Below are positions 7,113 to 16,577 of a stretch of DNA of 58,641 nucleotides, piece after piece; position 1 is the stretch's first letter, and each line of letters opens with the position of its first letter. Under the pieces are notes generated by a model. The model was not told the DNA's origin and ran no database searches. It saw only the letters and a program-made list of their open reading frames with translations. The stretch is from NCBI GenBank assembly GCA_039793445.1, contig JBAMLS010000012.1:21225-79865 (forward strand), in the 5' to 3' direction. The position numbers and the translations under genes are program-made. This stretch comes from Minisyncoccales bacterium (lineage in GTDB: Bacteria > Patescibacteriota > Minisyncoccia > Minisyncoccales > JBAMLS01).

Positions 7113-10100
7113 TTATCCTTCATCGATAATTTCTTCAATACTATCTGCAATAATTTTTGGTATTTCATGCCAACTTTCTACCTTACCTACCACGAAAACA
7201 ATTTTGTTTTCTTGCAAAATCATTGGATGTTTTTCTAAAATTGAAGGAAATACTATTACTTCCGCTTTATCGGTTAAATCTTCTAATTTTAAAAATACCA
7301 TCGGTTTACCATTTTTGGTAAAAATTTTCTTTAAAGAAGATATAAGACCACCCACTCGAATTTTTTGGGGGAAGAAACCATTTTTTAACTGATTTAATGG
7401 ATAAGCCTTTTTTTGTAAAATTTTTTGATAAGCCTGTAAAGGATGTGAGGTAATATAAAGGCCAAGTAATTCTTTTTCCCAACTTAATTTTTGTTGTACT
7501 TTTGCTGGAGGAACTGATTTTAAAAAAAGTGAATTTGAACTAAAATTTGTAAAATTATTATTTCCATCAAATAAGCTAAATTGTCCATTATTATTGCCGT
7601 TTTTTTGTTGTCTGCTAAATCTTAAGATTTCTTCAATATTTTCTAAAAGTTTATTTCTTTCTTCGAATTTATCAAAAACGCCAGATTTTATTAAACTTTC
7701 TAAGGATTTTTTATTTAAATCTTTAGATTGAATTCTTTTAATAAAATCTTCAAAAGATTTGAATGGACCGTTTTTCTTTCTTTCTGCTAAAATAACTTCA
7801 ACAATATTCTCCCCCACATTTTTTATTGCTAAAAGACCAAATCTAATTTTATTTTCGCCAGGTATTACTGAAAAATTTCTATAACTTTCATTAATGTCAG
7901 GCGGCAAAACTTGAATTCCCATTTCTTTACATTCTTCTATTAACACTGCTATTCTTTCTATATCATTTTTTTCAGAGGTTAATAGGGCTGCCATAAATTC
8001 AACTGGATAATGAGCTTTTAGAAAGGCAGTTTGATAACTTATTATTGCATATCCTATACTATGACTTTTATTAAATCCATATTGAGCAAATGGTAAGATC
8101 CATTGCCAAATTTGTTTGGCTATTTCTTTTTTAACATTATTTTTTACAGCGCCCTCAATAAATTTTTCTTTTTGAGCTTTTAATAGTTCTGGCATTTTTT
8201 TACCTATCGCCTTTCTTAAAATGTCTGCTTCATTTAAACTAAAACCAGCGATTGCTTTGGCTATTTCCATTAATTGTTCCTGATAAATACAAATTCCATA
8301 AGTTTTTTCTAAAATTGGTTTTAATTTTTCATGTAAATAAACTACCTTTTCCTTACCGTTTTTTCTATTGATATATTGTTGAACAAATTTCATAGGACCT
8401 GGACGATAAAGAGCTAAAACTGCTGAAATCTCTTCTAAATTAGAAGGTTTAAGTTCTCTTAAAATTCTTTTCATCCCTTCAGATTCAAATTGAAAAACTC
8501 CTGTTGTTTTTCCTTCCTGCAAAAGTTTAAAGGTTAAATGATCATTTTCTGGTAAATTTTTAATATCAACCTTTTCTCCCCTCACTTCATAAATTCTTGA
8601 TAGAGTATCTTCAATAATTGTTAGATTTTTTAATCCTAAAAAATCTATTTTAAGAAGACCCAAATCTTCAATTGTATGCATTTCATATTGAGTAATAATA
8701 GTGTTTTCTTTTTGACTTGGGTGTTGCAAGGGAATAATATCTTCTAGAGGAACGGCAGAAATTACAACCCCACAAGCGTGAGTTGAAATATGTCTAGCAC
8801 AACCTTCTAATTTTTTTGAAATATCAATTAATTGACGTACCTTTTCATCTGATTTATATAGATCTCTTAATTCAGAAATTTTTGATAAAGCTTCCTCTAA
8901 AGTTGAACCAAAAGGAATTAATTTTGCTATTTTATCGCAAAAACTATATTGATAACCTAAAGCTCTTCCTACGTCTCTAACAACCGCTCTAGCTGCCATT
9001 CTTCCAAAAGTAGCAATTTGGGCGACTTTATTTCTACCATATTTTTGAGCAACGTATTCTATAACTTCATCTCTTCTTCTATCTGTAAAATCCAGATCGA
9101 TATCAGGCATTGAAATTCTTTGTTCATTTAAAAATCTTTCAAAAAGTAAGTTATATTTTAAAGGATCAATTTCAGTAATATTTAGTAAATAAGCGACTAA
9201 TGACCCTCCAACACTTCCTCTACCTGGACCTACCACAATTCTATGTTCTTTTGCCCAATTAACAAAATCTTGAACAATAAGAAAATAAGTGCTAAAACCA
9301 GTTCTTTCAATCACACCTAATTCATAATTTAATCTTTCAATTACTTCTTTTGGTGGGTTTTTACCATACTTTTTTTCTAAATTTTTTTCGTACAAATGTC
9401 TTAAATATTCAACTGGGGATATATTATCTGGTGTTTCAAATGGTGGTAATATTGTTTTACCCAATTTAAATTCAAAATTACACATTTGGGCAATTTTTTG
9501 GGTATTTTCTATTGCTTCTGGAATATCTTTAAATACTTCTATCATTTCTTCTGAAGACCTCATTGAAAAATCATCGTTTAACATAGTTAGTCTTTCTGGA
9601 TCGTTAGGTTTGGCGTCGGTATTAATTAACATTAAAATATCTTGGATTTTTGCGTCTTCTTTCTTTAAATAATGAACATCGTTTGTAGCTACCAAGGGAA
9701 TATCTAATTCTCTAGAAAATTCAATTAACACTTTATTTACTTTCTCTTGTTCTAAAATATTTGGGTGGCGTTGTAATTCTAAATAAAAATTATCTTTTCC
9801 AAAAATTTCTTTATATTTTAAAGCGGTTTCTTTGGCTTCTTTTATTTTATTTGCTAAAACTAATTGAGGAATTTTTCCTTGTAAACAAGCCGAAAGAGCA
9901 ATTAAACCAGAACTATGTTGAGCTAATAATTCTTCATCAATTCTTGGTTTATAATAGAAACCTTCCAAATGGGCTTTTGTAACTAATTTTACTAAATTTT
10001 TATATCCTTCTTCATTTTTAACCAATAAAACAATATGATATTTTTTATCATCAATATTTGGTCTTTTTAATTCCATTTTTTCAAATGCCAAATACATTTC

Positions 10101-10298
10101 GCATCCAATTATAGGTTTTATCTCTAATTCTTTTGCTTTTTTATAAAATTCTACCACGCCATAAAGAACACCATGATCAGTTAAAGCAACGCTTTCTTGG
10201 TTTATTTCTTTAGCTTTTTTTAAAATTGCTTCAATTTTTGGTAATCCATCCAATAAAGAATATTCGCTATGTAAATGTAAATGAGTAAATTTTGCCAT
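7113..10298 (-). CDS. dnaE: DNA polymerase III alpha subunit
   Basis: 1061 aa. PHP domain start FTHLHLHSEYSLLDG, then ..PDIDLDF.., ..HACGVVIS.., ..GLLKIDFLGLKNLT.. and a C-terminal OB fold. Confidence 0.97.
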   Translation of the reverse strand: MAKFTHLHLHSEYSLLDGLPKIEAILKKAKEINQESVALTDHGVLYGVVEFYKKAKELEIKPIIGCEMYLAFEKMELKRPNIDDKKYHIVLLVKNEEGYKNLVKLVTKAHLEGFYYKPRIDEELLAQHSSGLIALSACLQGKIPQLVLANKIKEAKETALKYKEIFGKDNFYLELQRHPNILEQEKVNKVLIEFSRELDIPLVATNDVHYLKKEDAKIQDILMLINTDAKPNDPERLTMLNDDFSMRSSEEMIEVFKDIPEAIENTQKIAQMCNFEFKLGKTILPPFETPDNISPVEYLRHLYEKNLEKKYGKNPPKEVIERLNYELGVIERTGFSTYFLIVQDFVNWAKEHRIVVGPGRGSVGGSLVAYLLNITEIDPLKYNLLFERFLNEQRISMPDIDLDFTDRRRDEVIEYVAQKYGRNKVAQIATFGRMAARAVVRDVGRALGYQYSFCDKIAKLIPFGSTLEEALSKISELRDLYKSDEKVRQLIDISKKLEGCARHISTHACGVVISAVPLEDIIPLQHPSQKENTIITQYEMHTIEDLGLLKIDFLGLKNLTIIEDTLSRIYEVRGEKVDIKNLPENDHLTFKLLQEGKTTGVFQFESEGMKRILRELKPSNLEEISAVLALYRPGPMKFVQQYINRKNGKEKVVYLHEKLKPILEKTYGICIYQEQLMEIAKAIAGFSLNEADILRKAIGKKMPELLKAQKEKFIEGAVKNNVKKEIAKQIWQWILPFAQYGFNKSHSIGYAIISYQTAFLKAHYPVEFMAALLTSEKNDIERIAVLIEECKEMGIQVLPPDINESYRNFSVIPGENKIRFGLLAIKNVGENIVEVILAERKKNGPFKSFEDFIKRIQSKDLNKKSLESLIKSGVFDKFEERNKLLENIEEILRFSRQQKNGNNNGQFSLFDGNNNFTNFSSNSLFLKSVPPAKVQQKLSWEKELLGLYITSHPLQAYQKILQKKAYPLNQLKNGFFPQKIRVGGLISSLKKIFTKNGKPMVFLKLEDLTDKAEVIVFPSILEKHPMILQENKIVFVVGKVESWHEIPKIIADSIEEIIDEG

Positions 10299-10300
10299 AT

Positions 10301-10972
10301 TTAGCTATTTTTTATTAATTCTTTAAATTGTGTATTTTCTAATATTAAATTTTCTTTTAAAAAATTTTTATCTAAAATTAAATATTCAAAAATTTTAGTA
10401 TTGTTTAAATTAATTTTTCCCTTCAAAAAAGCGTTTTTAAAATCAATTGTTCCCTGAATTTCTCCATTTTTTATTTCTATATCGTCAGAAAATAAACTAT
10501 CTCTAAAATAACCGTCACCTTTGATTATTAAACCAGATAAAAAGGAATCTTCAAGTTTTATATTATTTAAAAAAACTTTCCCTCCAATTTTTACTTTTGT
10601 AAGACTTAAAAATCCTTTTGTTTTTAAATTATTAGCAAATAAAGAACCTTTAATACTTGTTCCGACCAAATTTACAACACCATTTATATTAGCATTCTCG
10701 AGTATTAAATCACCCATTACCTCATTGCTTGAAAATAAAAAAGATCCTTTTACAATAATATTTGAAAGATCTACATTTTTTTGAAACCTTACCTCTTCAA
10801 TTGAAATTTGATTTAAAATTATGGCGCTTCTTAAATTTATCTCAATATCTATTTTTCTGTTATATAAAAAAATTCCTTCAATAATTTGTCCAGATAAATC
10901 AAGGGGTTGAGAAATTAAAGATTTTTTTTGTATTTCTAGTTCTATCTCTTTCGTAGATATTATCTTTGGCAT
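10301..10972 (-). CDS. Beta-helix / pentapeptide-like repeat protein, function unknown
   Basis: 223 aa. Repetitive hydrophobic/N/G pattern (ANINGVVNLVGTSIKGSLFANNLKTKGFLSLTKVKIGGKVFLNNIKLEDSFLSG...FKNAFLKGKINLNNTKI). The stop codon lies 2 nt before the dnaE ATG. Confidence 0.5.
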   Translation of the reverse strand: MPKIISTKEIELEIQKKSLISQPLDLSGQIIEGIFLYNRKIDIEINLRSAIILNQISIEEVRFQKNVDLSNIIVKGSFLFSSNEVMGDLILENANINGVVNLVGTSIKGSLFANNLKTKGFLSLTKVKIGGKVFLNNIKLEDSFLSGLIIKGDGYFRDSLFSDDIEIKNGEIQGTIDFKNAFLKGKINLNNTKIFEYLILDKNFLKENLILENTQFKELIKNS

Positions 10973-11003
10973 AATTTTAAAAAATTCTTATATAAATCTT
11001 TGT

Positions 11004-11031
11004 TTGATATTTAGTTTTATTTTAGTATAAT
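11004..11031 (+). promoter_or_regulatory. Candidate sigma70-type promoter for rnhB-miaA
   Basis: TTGATA (11004-11009), 16-nt spacer, TATAAT (11026-11031). About 30-nt leader without an SD motif. Confidence 0.45.
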
Positions 11032-11067
11032 AAAAATAAATTTCAAATTAAATTCAACTCTTTTTTT

Positions 11068-11727
11068 ATGAATCCTACTTTAAGAGAGGAAAAAAGATTA
11101 TTTAAAAAAAAATTTAAAATAATTGCTAGTATAGATGAAGCTGGAAGAGGTTCTTTGGCTGGTCCTGTGGTAGCTAGCGCTGTCTTAGTTGATTTTTACT
11201 TTATTAAAAAAAATAGAATTCTTAAAAATTTTCCTGTAAAGATAAATGATTCTAAAAAAATTTCATCTTCAAAAAGAAAAGAATTATTTTATTTTTTAAA
11301 AAAACAGAAATTTATTAAATGGTCTTTAGGTATAGTTTCAGAAAAGATAATAGATAAAATTAATATTCAAAAGGCTACGGAATTAGCAATAGAAAAAGCA
11401 ATTAAAAAATTAGAAAGAAAAATAAAACAAAAAATTGAATTTATTCTTGTTGACGGTAAACAATTAAACAATAAAAATTTAAAAAAATATAAAATAAAAT
11501 CAATTATAAAGGGCGATCAAAAAGTATATTCTATAGCTTTAGCCTCTATTTTTGCAAAAGTAAGCAGAGATATAATTATGGAAAAATATGATAAAAAATT
11601 TCCCTATTATGGTTTTAGAATCCATAAAGGATATGGAACAAAAATGCATTTTAAAAAAATCAAAAAATTAGGTCCTTGTAAAATTCATAGAAAAACTTTT
11701 GCCCCTATTAAAAATTTAGTAAGTTAA
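11068..11727 (+). CDS. rnhB: Ribonuclease HII
   Basis: IASIDEAGRGSLAGPVVASAV catalytic DEAGRG motif. ..SIALASIFAKVSRD.. and ..GYG.. are typical of RNase HII. Confidence 0.9.
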   Translation: MNPTLREEKRLFKKKFKIIASIDEAGRGSLAGPVVASAVLVDFYFIKKNRILKNFPVKINDSKKISSSKRKELFYFLKKQKFIKWSLGIVSEKIIDKINIQKATELAIEKAIKKLERKIKQKIEFILVDGKQLNNKNLKKYKIKSIIKGDQKVYSIALASIFAKVSRDIIMEKYDKKFPYYGFRIHKGYGTKMHFKKIKKLGPCKIHRKTFAPIKNLVS

Positions 11728-11735
11728 TAAAAAAT

Positions 11736-12662
11736 ATGAATAAAAATGATTTTTTAAAAAAAATCATTGTAATTTTAGGACCTACTGCCTCCGGCAAATC
11801 AAAGTTAGCGGTAGATATTGCTCTTTGGTTAAAAAAAACAAAAAATATTGAATGTGAAATTATTTCAGCAGATTCAAGACAGGTTTATAAAGAAATGAAT
11901 TTGGGTACGGGTAAAATTACAAAAAAAGAAATGGAAGGTGTTAAACATCATCTTTTAGATATTATGAGCCCTAAAAGACAATTTACCGTAGTTCACTTTG
12001 TAAAATTAGCAAAAAAAGCAATAAATGAAATATTTAAAAGAAAAAAAATTCCGGTTATTTGTGGAGGAACCGCTTTTTATATTTATGCTTTAATTGATGG
12101 TATTTCAATTCCAGAAGTTAAACCAAATTTAAAACTAAGAAAAAAGTTAGAAAAGAAAAACGCTCAAGAGTTATTTAATATTCTTTTTAAAATTGATCCA
12201 GAAAGAGTAAATAAAATAGATAAAAATAATAAAAGAAGATTAATAAGGGCAATAGAAATTGTAAAAGAAACAAAAAGTCAGGTTCCTAAAATAAAATATA
12301 ACCCCCTTCCCTATCCTATTCTTTTTTTGGGAATTAAAAAAAATAAAGATGAATTGGAAAAACTAATAAAAAAGAGACTTCTTTTAAGAATAAAAAAAGG
12401 AATGATAGAAGAAGTTAAAAAATTAAGAAAAATGGGAGTTTCTTGGAAAAGATTAAATAGTTTTGGTTTAGAATATAGAATAATTGCAAAATATTTAAAA
12501 AAGGAAATTGATTATAATAAAATGTTAGAAACTTTGTTCAAAGAAATTGTAAGATTTTCCAAACAACAAATGACATGGTGGAAAAATGATAAAAGAATAT
12601 ATTGGATAAATAATAAAAATGAAGCGAAAAAAATAGTTAAAGAATTTTTATTTAAAAATTAA
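11736..12662 (+). CDS. miaA: tRNA dimethylallyltransferase
   Basis: P-loop ILGPTASGKSKLAVDIA, then ISADSRQVYKEMNLGTGKIT and VICGGTAFYI. Confidence 0.93.
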   Translation: MNKNDFLKKIIVILGPTASGKSKLAVDIALWLKKTKNIECEIISADSRQVYKEMNLGTGKITKKEMEGVKHHLLDIMSPKRQFTVVHFVKLAKKAINEIFKRKKIPVICGGTAFYIYALIDGISIPEVKPNLKLRKKLEKKNAQELFNILFKIDPERVNKIDKNNKRRLIRAIEIVKETKSQVPKIKYNPLPYPILFLGIKKNKDELEKLIKKRLLLRIKKGMIEEVKKLRKMGVSWKRLNSFGLEYRIIAKYLKKEIDYNKMLETLFKEIVRFSKQQMTWWKNDKRIYWINNKNEAKKIVKEFLFKN

Positions 12663-13756
12663 GAGATTCCATTTATTTTTAATGCTCTAAATATTAAAGT
12701 AAATTCTGCTTCTAATTCCTCGCAAATTTTTTTTATATTTTCTTTAGGAATCTTTAAAATGTCTCTTTTAAATTTTCCTAAAGCGTATTTTCTATTTCGA
12801 AAAATAAATTGAATTTCTGTTTCGTTTGGCTTTTTTTCAAAATTTTCTTTAACCCATTTATACATTTTTTCTTTTAAATCTTCTGGAAAATATTTGCTGT
12901 CTAAAATAATGTTTTGGAATTTTGTAGCTAAATGTACTTCTAAAACTCCAACTTGTGGTAATTTTTTTAAAATTTCTATTGGTAATGTTGAAGCGCCATG
13001 AAATACAATGCCAGCAAAACTTTCTTCTTTTGCAATATTAGATAAATCAGATATTAATTCAAAATCTAACTTAGGAATTTTTATTTTACCTTTTTTTGTA
13101 ATTATTCCTCCATGTTTTGTTTTATATTGAATTGCAAGCTTTATTAAACCAATATTTTTATTTTGTGGTAATATTTTTTTATAAAAATTTATAAAACTAA
13201 TTAAATCTTTTTTTGTTGTATCTTTTTTTCCTATTTCTCCCACCTCTCCTCCTACTGATATGTTAATATTTTTTGGTTGAATTTTTTTAATATAGTTTAA
13301 AAAATATATAGTTAAAAACAAATTTTCTTTTAAATCTAAAGGAGAACAATCAATATCTATATTATAAAAATTATTTTTTATTGCTTTTTTAATTAATTTT
13401 TTTAAATTAAGAATTTCTAAATCACATTTTTGTTTATTTCCATATAATAATTTATTAATTTGAAAATGATCTCCTTGTAAAAAGATTGGTCCTTTAAATT
13501 TTTCTTCAAAAGCTGCCATTTGAATTATTTTTGAAAATTCTTTTGGGTCTTGCTTGGTATATTTCATTTCTGATCTAGCTAATTCTATAATAAAATACTT
13601 TACTTTTTCTTTTTTTGCTACAGAAAATAAAGTTTTAGCAAAATCAAAAGTTAAAGTTCTAATATTAATTGCGGGTACTGTAAAACCAGGTCTTTTTACA
13701 TTTCTTAATGAATTATAAAAATTAAAAATTGAATCAGAATAGAAATTTTTATTCAT
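12659..13756 (-). CDS. Class II fructose/ketose-bisphosphate aldolase family protein
   Basis: 365 aa. FTVPAINIRT.., ..LQGDHF.. (in place of LHLDHG) and ..VFHGAST.. match class II aldolase zinc and substrate motifs. Divergent, so substrate is uncertain. Confidence 0.7.
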   Translation of the reverse strand: MNKNFYSDSIFNFYNSLRNVKRPGFTVPAINIRTLTFDFAKTLFSVAKKEKVKYFIIELARSEMKYTKQDPKEFSKIIQMAAFEEKFKGPIFLQGDHFQINKLLYGNKQKCDLEILNLKKLIKKAIKNNFYNIDIDCSPLDLKENLFLTIYFLNYIKKIQPKNINISVGGEVGEIGKKDTTKKDLISFINFYKKILPQNKNIGLIKLAIQYKTKHGGIITKKGKIKIPKLDFELISDLSNIAKEESFAGIVFHGASTLPIEILKKLPQVGVLEVHLATKFQNIILDSKYFPEDLKEKMYKWVKENFEKKPNETEIQFIFRNRKYALGKFKRDILKIPKENIKKICEELEAEFTLIFRALKINGIS

Positions 13757-15198
13757 CTTAATAATTTCTTAAGCGTTTCTCGCAAAATAATAGGATTTGC
13801 CCTTCCTTTACTTTTTTCCATTATTTTTCCAATTAAATATTGAAGAGCATTTTCTTTACCAGATTTAAAATCTTCTACTGCTTTTTGATTTTCAGAAATT
13901 ACTTCATTTATAATTTTTTCTAAAACATCCTCTTTGTTTATTTGAGCCAAATTTTCTTCTATTAAAATATCTTTTGGATTTTTGCCGGTTTGAATTATTT
14001 TAGGTATTATAATTTTTGCAATTTTACTAGTAATTTCTTTTTTATAAATTAAAAACATTAAATCGTAAAAATTTTCAGGAGAAAGTTTAGAATTTTGCCA
14101 AAAATTTTCATTATTTGTAATATAACTTAAAATTTCGTTAGTAAGATAATTTGATGCCAATTTAATAAAATCTTTATTTTTTTCTTTAGAGAATAAAATA
14201 AAATTTTCAAAAAATTGATTTAATTTTATATTTTTTATTAAAACTTCAGTATCTTCTTTCGGTAATTGAAAAATTTCTTGATATTTTATTCTTTTTTGTT
14301 GTGGCAGCTCTGGAATTTCTTTTTTTAATTCTTCTAAATCTTTATTTGTAATATAAATTGGTAAAATATCGGGTTCTGGAAAATATCTATAATCTTTTGC
14401 ATATTCTTTTTCTCTTTGGGAAAATGTTATCTGTTTTTCATCTGACCAGCCTCTTGTTTCTTGAATAATCTCTCCCCCTTTCTCTAAAATTTCTGTTTGT
14501 CTTTCAATTTCATAAATAATTGATTTTTGAACAGCCAAAAAAGAATTAAGATTTTTAATTTCTACCTTTGTTCCTAATTTTTCAGATCCCTCTTTTGCTA
14601 AAGAAATATTTACCTCTACTCTCATTTGACCTTTTTCCATATCAGCATTAGAAACATCTAAATATCTTAAAATAAGTTGTAATTCTTTAGCAAAATTTGC
14701 CGCTTCTACAGCTGAGTGAAATTCTGGCTCTGTTACTAATTCCATTAAAGGAATACCCGCTCTATTTAAATCTACTAAAGTATAATCTCCTATAGTATGT
14801 AATAATTTTCCAGTATCTTCTTCTAAATGAATTCTATTTATAGAAATTTTTTTTAATTTTTTGTTTTCATCTTCAATTTCTAAATATCCATCATAACAAA
14901 GTGGAGTTTTATACTGACTTATCTGATAACCCTTGGGTAGATCGGGATAAAAATAATTTTTTCTCTCAAAATAAGAAAATTGGTTAATTTTACAATTTAA
15001 ACTAAGACCTGTTTTAATTACTTTTTTAATTGCTTCTTTATTTGGTACAGGTAAAGTTCCTGGTTGTCCAGTACATATAGGACAGATATTTTTATTTGGT
15101 ATTTTTTCTTGAGAGTCATTTTTACAAGAACAAAACATTTTGCTTTTTGTATTTAATTCTATATGAATTTCCAACCCAATTGTTGGTTTATATTTCAT
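13753..15198 (-). CDS. gatB: Asp/Glu-tRNA(Asn/Gln) amidotransferase subunit B
   Basis: YKPTIGLEIHIELNT.SKMFCSC...CPICTGQPGTLP...RIHLEEDTGK. C-terminal YqeY-like domain. Confidence 0.95.
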   Translation of the reverse strand: MKYKPTIGLEIHIELNTKSKMFCSCKNDSQEKIPNKNICPICTGQPGTLPVPNKEAIKKVIKTGLSLNCKINQFSYFERKNYFYPDLPKGYQISQYKTPLCYDGYLEIEDENKKLKKISINRIHLEEDTGKLLHTIGDYTLVDLNRAGIPLMELVTEPEFHSAVEAANFAKELQLILRYLDVSNADMEKGQMRVEVNISLAKEGSEKLGTKVEIKNLNSFLAVQKSIIYEIERQTEILEKGGEIIQETRGWSDEKQITFSQREKEYAKDYRYFPEPDILPIYITNKDLEELKKEIPELPQQKRIKYQEIFQLPKEDTEVLIKNIKLNQFFENFILFSKEKNKDFIKLASNYLTNEILSYITNNENFWQNSKLSPENFYDLMFLIYKKEITSKIAKIIIPKIIQTGKNPKDILIEENLAQINKEDVLEKIINEVISENQKAVEDFKSGKENALQYLIGKIMEKSKGRANPIILRETLKKLLR

Positions 15199-15204
15199 AT
15201 AAAT

Positions 15205-16554
15205 TTATTTTGTTAATTTTTCGATTTCTTTCATAATGTTTACACTAGAGCTAGTACCAATAATATCAGCCCCAGCTTCTAACATCATCAAAACATCAGA
15301 CAGAGTTTTTATTTTACCTGAAGCCTTAATTAATAATCCCGGAGCAAATTGGCGCATTAATTTTAGATGTTTTGCTTTTTCTTTTAATTCCGAGTGATCT
15401 AAAGGGTCTTTTTCTGTTGCTGTTTTAACACAAATTGCCCCCGCTTCTTTTACAATTTTAGATGCTATTTTAATTTCGTCATCAGTTAAATAACCAGAAC
15501 CTATAATTACTTTTATTGGCATAATATGACAAATTTCTCTTAAATCTGATAAAACATCGTCATATCTTTCATATTTTAAATCAATAATATTCATTACTAT
15601 ATCTACTTCATCTGCTCCATCATCTTTTGCCCTTTTTACCATTTTAACTCTTTCTTCATGAGGACTTTGTCCCATTGGGGGATCAATTAAAACTACTGTT
15701 TTTATTTTTGTATTTTTAAGAAGCTGATGTACTAATTTTGCATACTTTGGATTTACATCTACTCCTCTAAATTTATATTTTATTGCTTCTTTACAAGTTT
15801 TAATAATATCTTTGGTAGTAGCTTTTGGATCAATATTAGTATGATCAATTAAACCTGCTATTTTTTCTAATGAAAAATTAAATTTATTTTTTGATTTAAT
15901 ATTAGTAAATATTTTTTTAAGATGTTTCAAAATATCATCTGTTACTATATCAATATCATTTTCTCCATTAATTTTTATCCATGCTCCAAAAATATTTTTT
16001 TTAGCAAGATTTTGATAATAATCTCTTACCTTTTTCAAAAAAATTTTATTTGACTCATTTCTATCTAAATCCCTTTTTTCTTGGTATTTTCTTTTTATTG
16101 AAGTGCTTGGCAAGATATCTAAATAAAATATTAAATCTGGTTTTGGTAAGTTAAAAATTTTAGCAATATTTAAAGCCTTTTTTAAATCAAAACCATTTTG
16201 TCCTTGATAGGCTAATGTTGAAGTAAAATAACGGTTTAATAAAACTGTCCCCCCTTTTTTTACAAAATCATTAATTTTAGAAATATCTTTTACGAAATCT
16301 GCAAAGTATAATAAAAATTGAATTTCTACTGAAAAATTAAATTTTTTATGTAAAAAATCATGAATTAATTTGCCTATTTCTCCTTCGTAATCAGGATAAG
16401 ATAATTTTAAAACTGGAACTTTATTTTCTTTTAATATTTCATAAATTTTTTCTGTTTGAGTTTCACAACCTGAACCATCAATTCCTTCAAAAACAATAAT
16501 TTTTCCCCTATTTTTACTTTGGGATAATTTTTTTTGAGAAAAATTTTTTATCAT
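15205..16554 (-). CDS. Fusion protein: thymidylate-kinase-like domain (degenerate P-loop) plus deoxyribose-phosphate aldolase
   Basis: 449 aa. N-half IIVFEGIDGSGCETQ...NRYFTSTLAYQG resembles Tmk, with Cys where the Walker A Lys is expected and NRY in place of DRY. C-half LIDHTNIDPKAT...GADEVDIVMNI...ICVKTAT...LIKASGKIKT..GADIIGTSSS is DeoC/DERA with both lysines. Confidence 0.8.
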   Translation of the reverse strand: MIKNFSQKKLSQSKNRGKIIVFEGIDGSGCETQTEKIYEILKENKVPVLKLSYPDYEGEIGKLIHDFLHKKFNFSVEIQFLLYFADFVKDISKINDFVKKGGTVLLNRYFTSTLAYQGQNGFDLKKALNIAKIFNLPKPDLIFYLDILPSTSIKRKYQEKRDLDRNESNKIFLKKVRDYYQNLAKKNIFGAWIKINGENDIDIVTDDILKHLKKIFTNIKSKNKFNFSLEKIAGLIDHTNIDPKATTKDIIKTCKEAIKYKFRGVDVNPKYAKLVHQLLKNTKIKTVVLIDPPMGQSPHEERVKMVKRAKDDGADEVDIVMNIIDLKYERYDDVLSDLREICHIMPIKVIIGSGYLTDDEIKIASKIVKEAGAICVKTATEKDPLDHSELKEKAKHLKLMRQFAPGLLIKASGKIKTLSDVLMMLEAGADIIGTSSSVNIMKEIEKLTK

Positions 16555-16577
16555 ATTTTTAAATTTAATTTTTAAAA

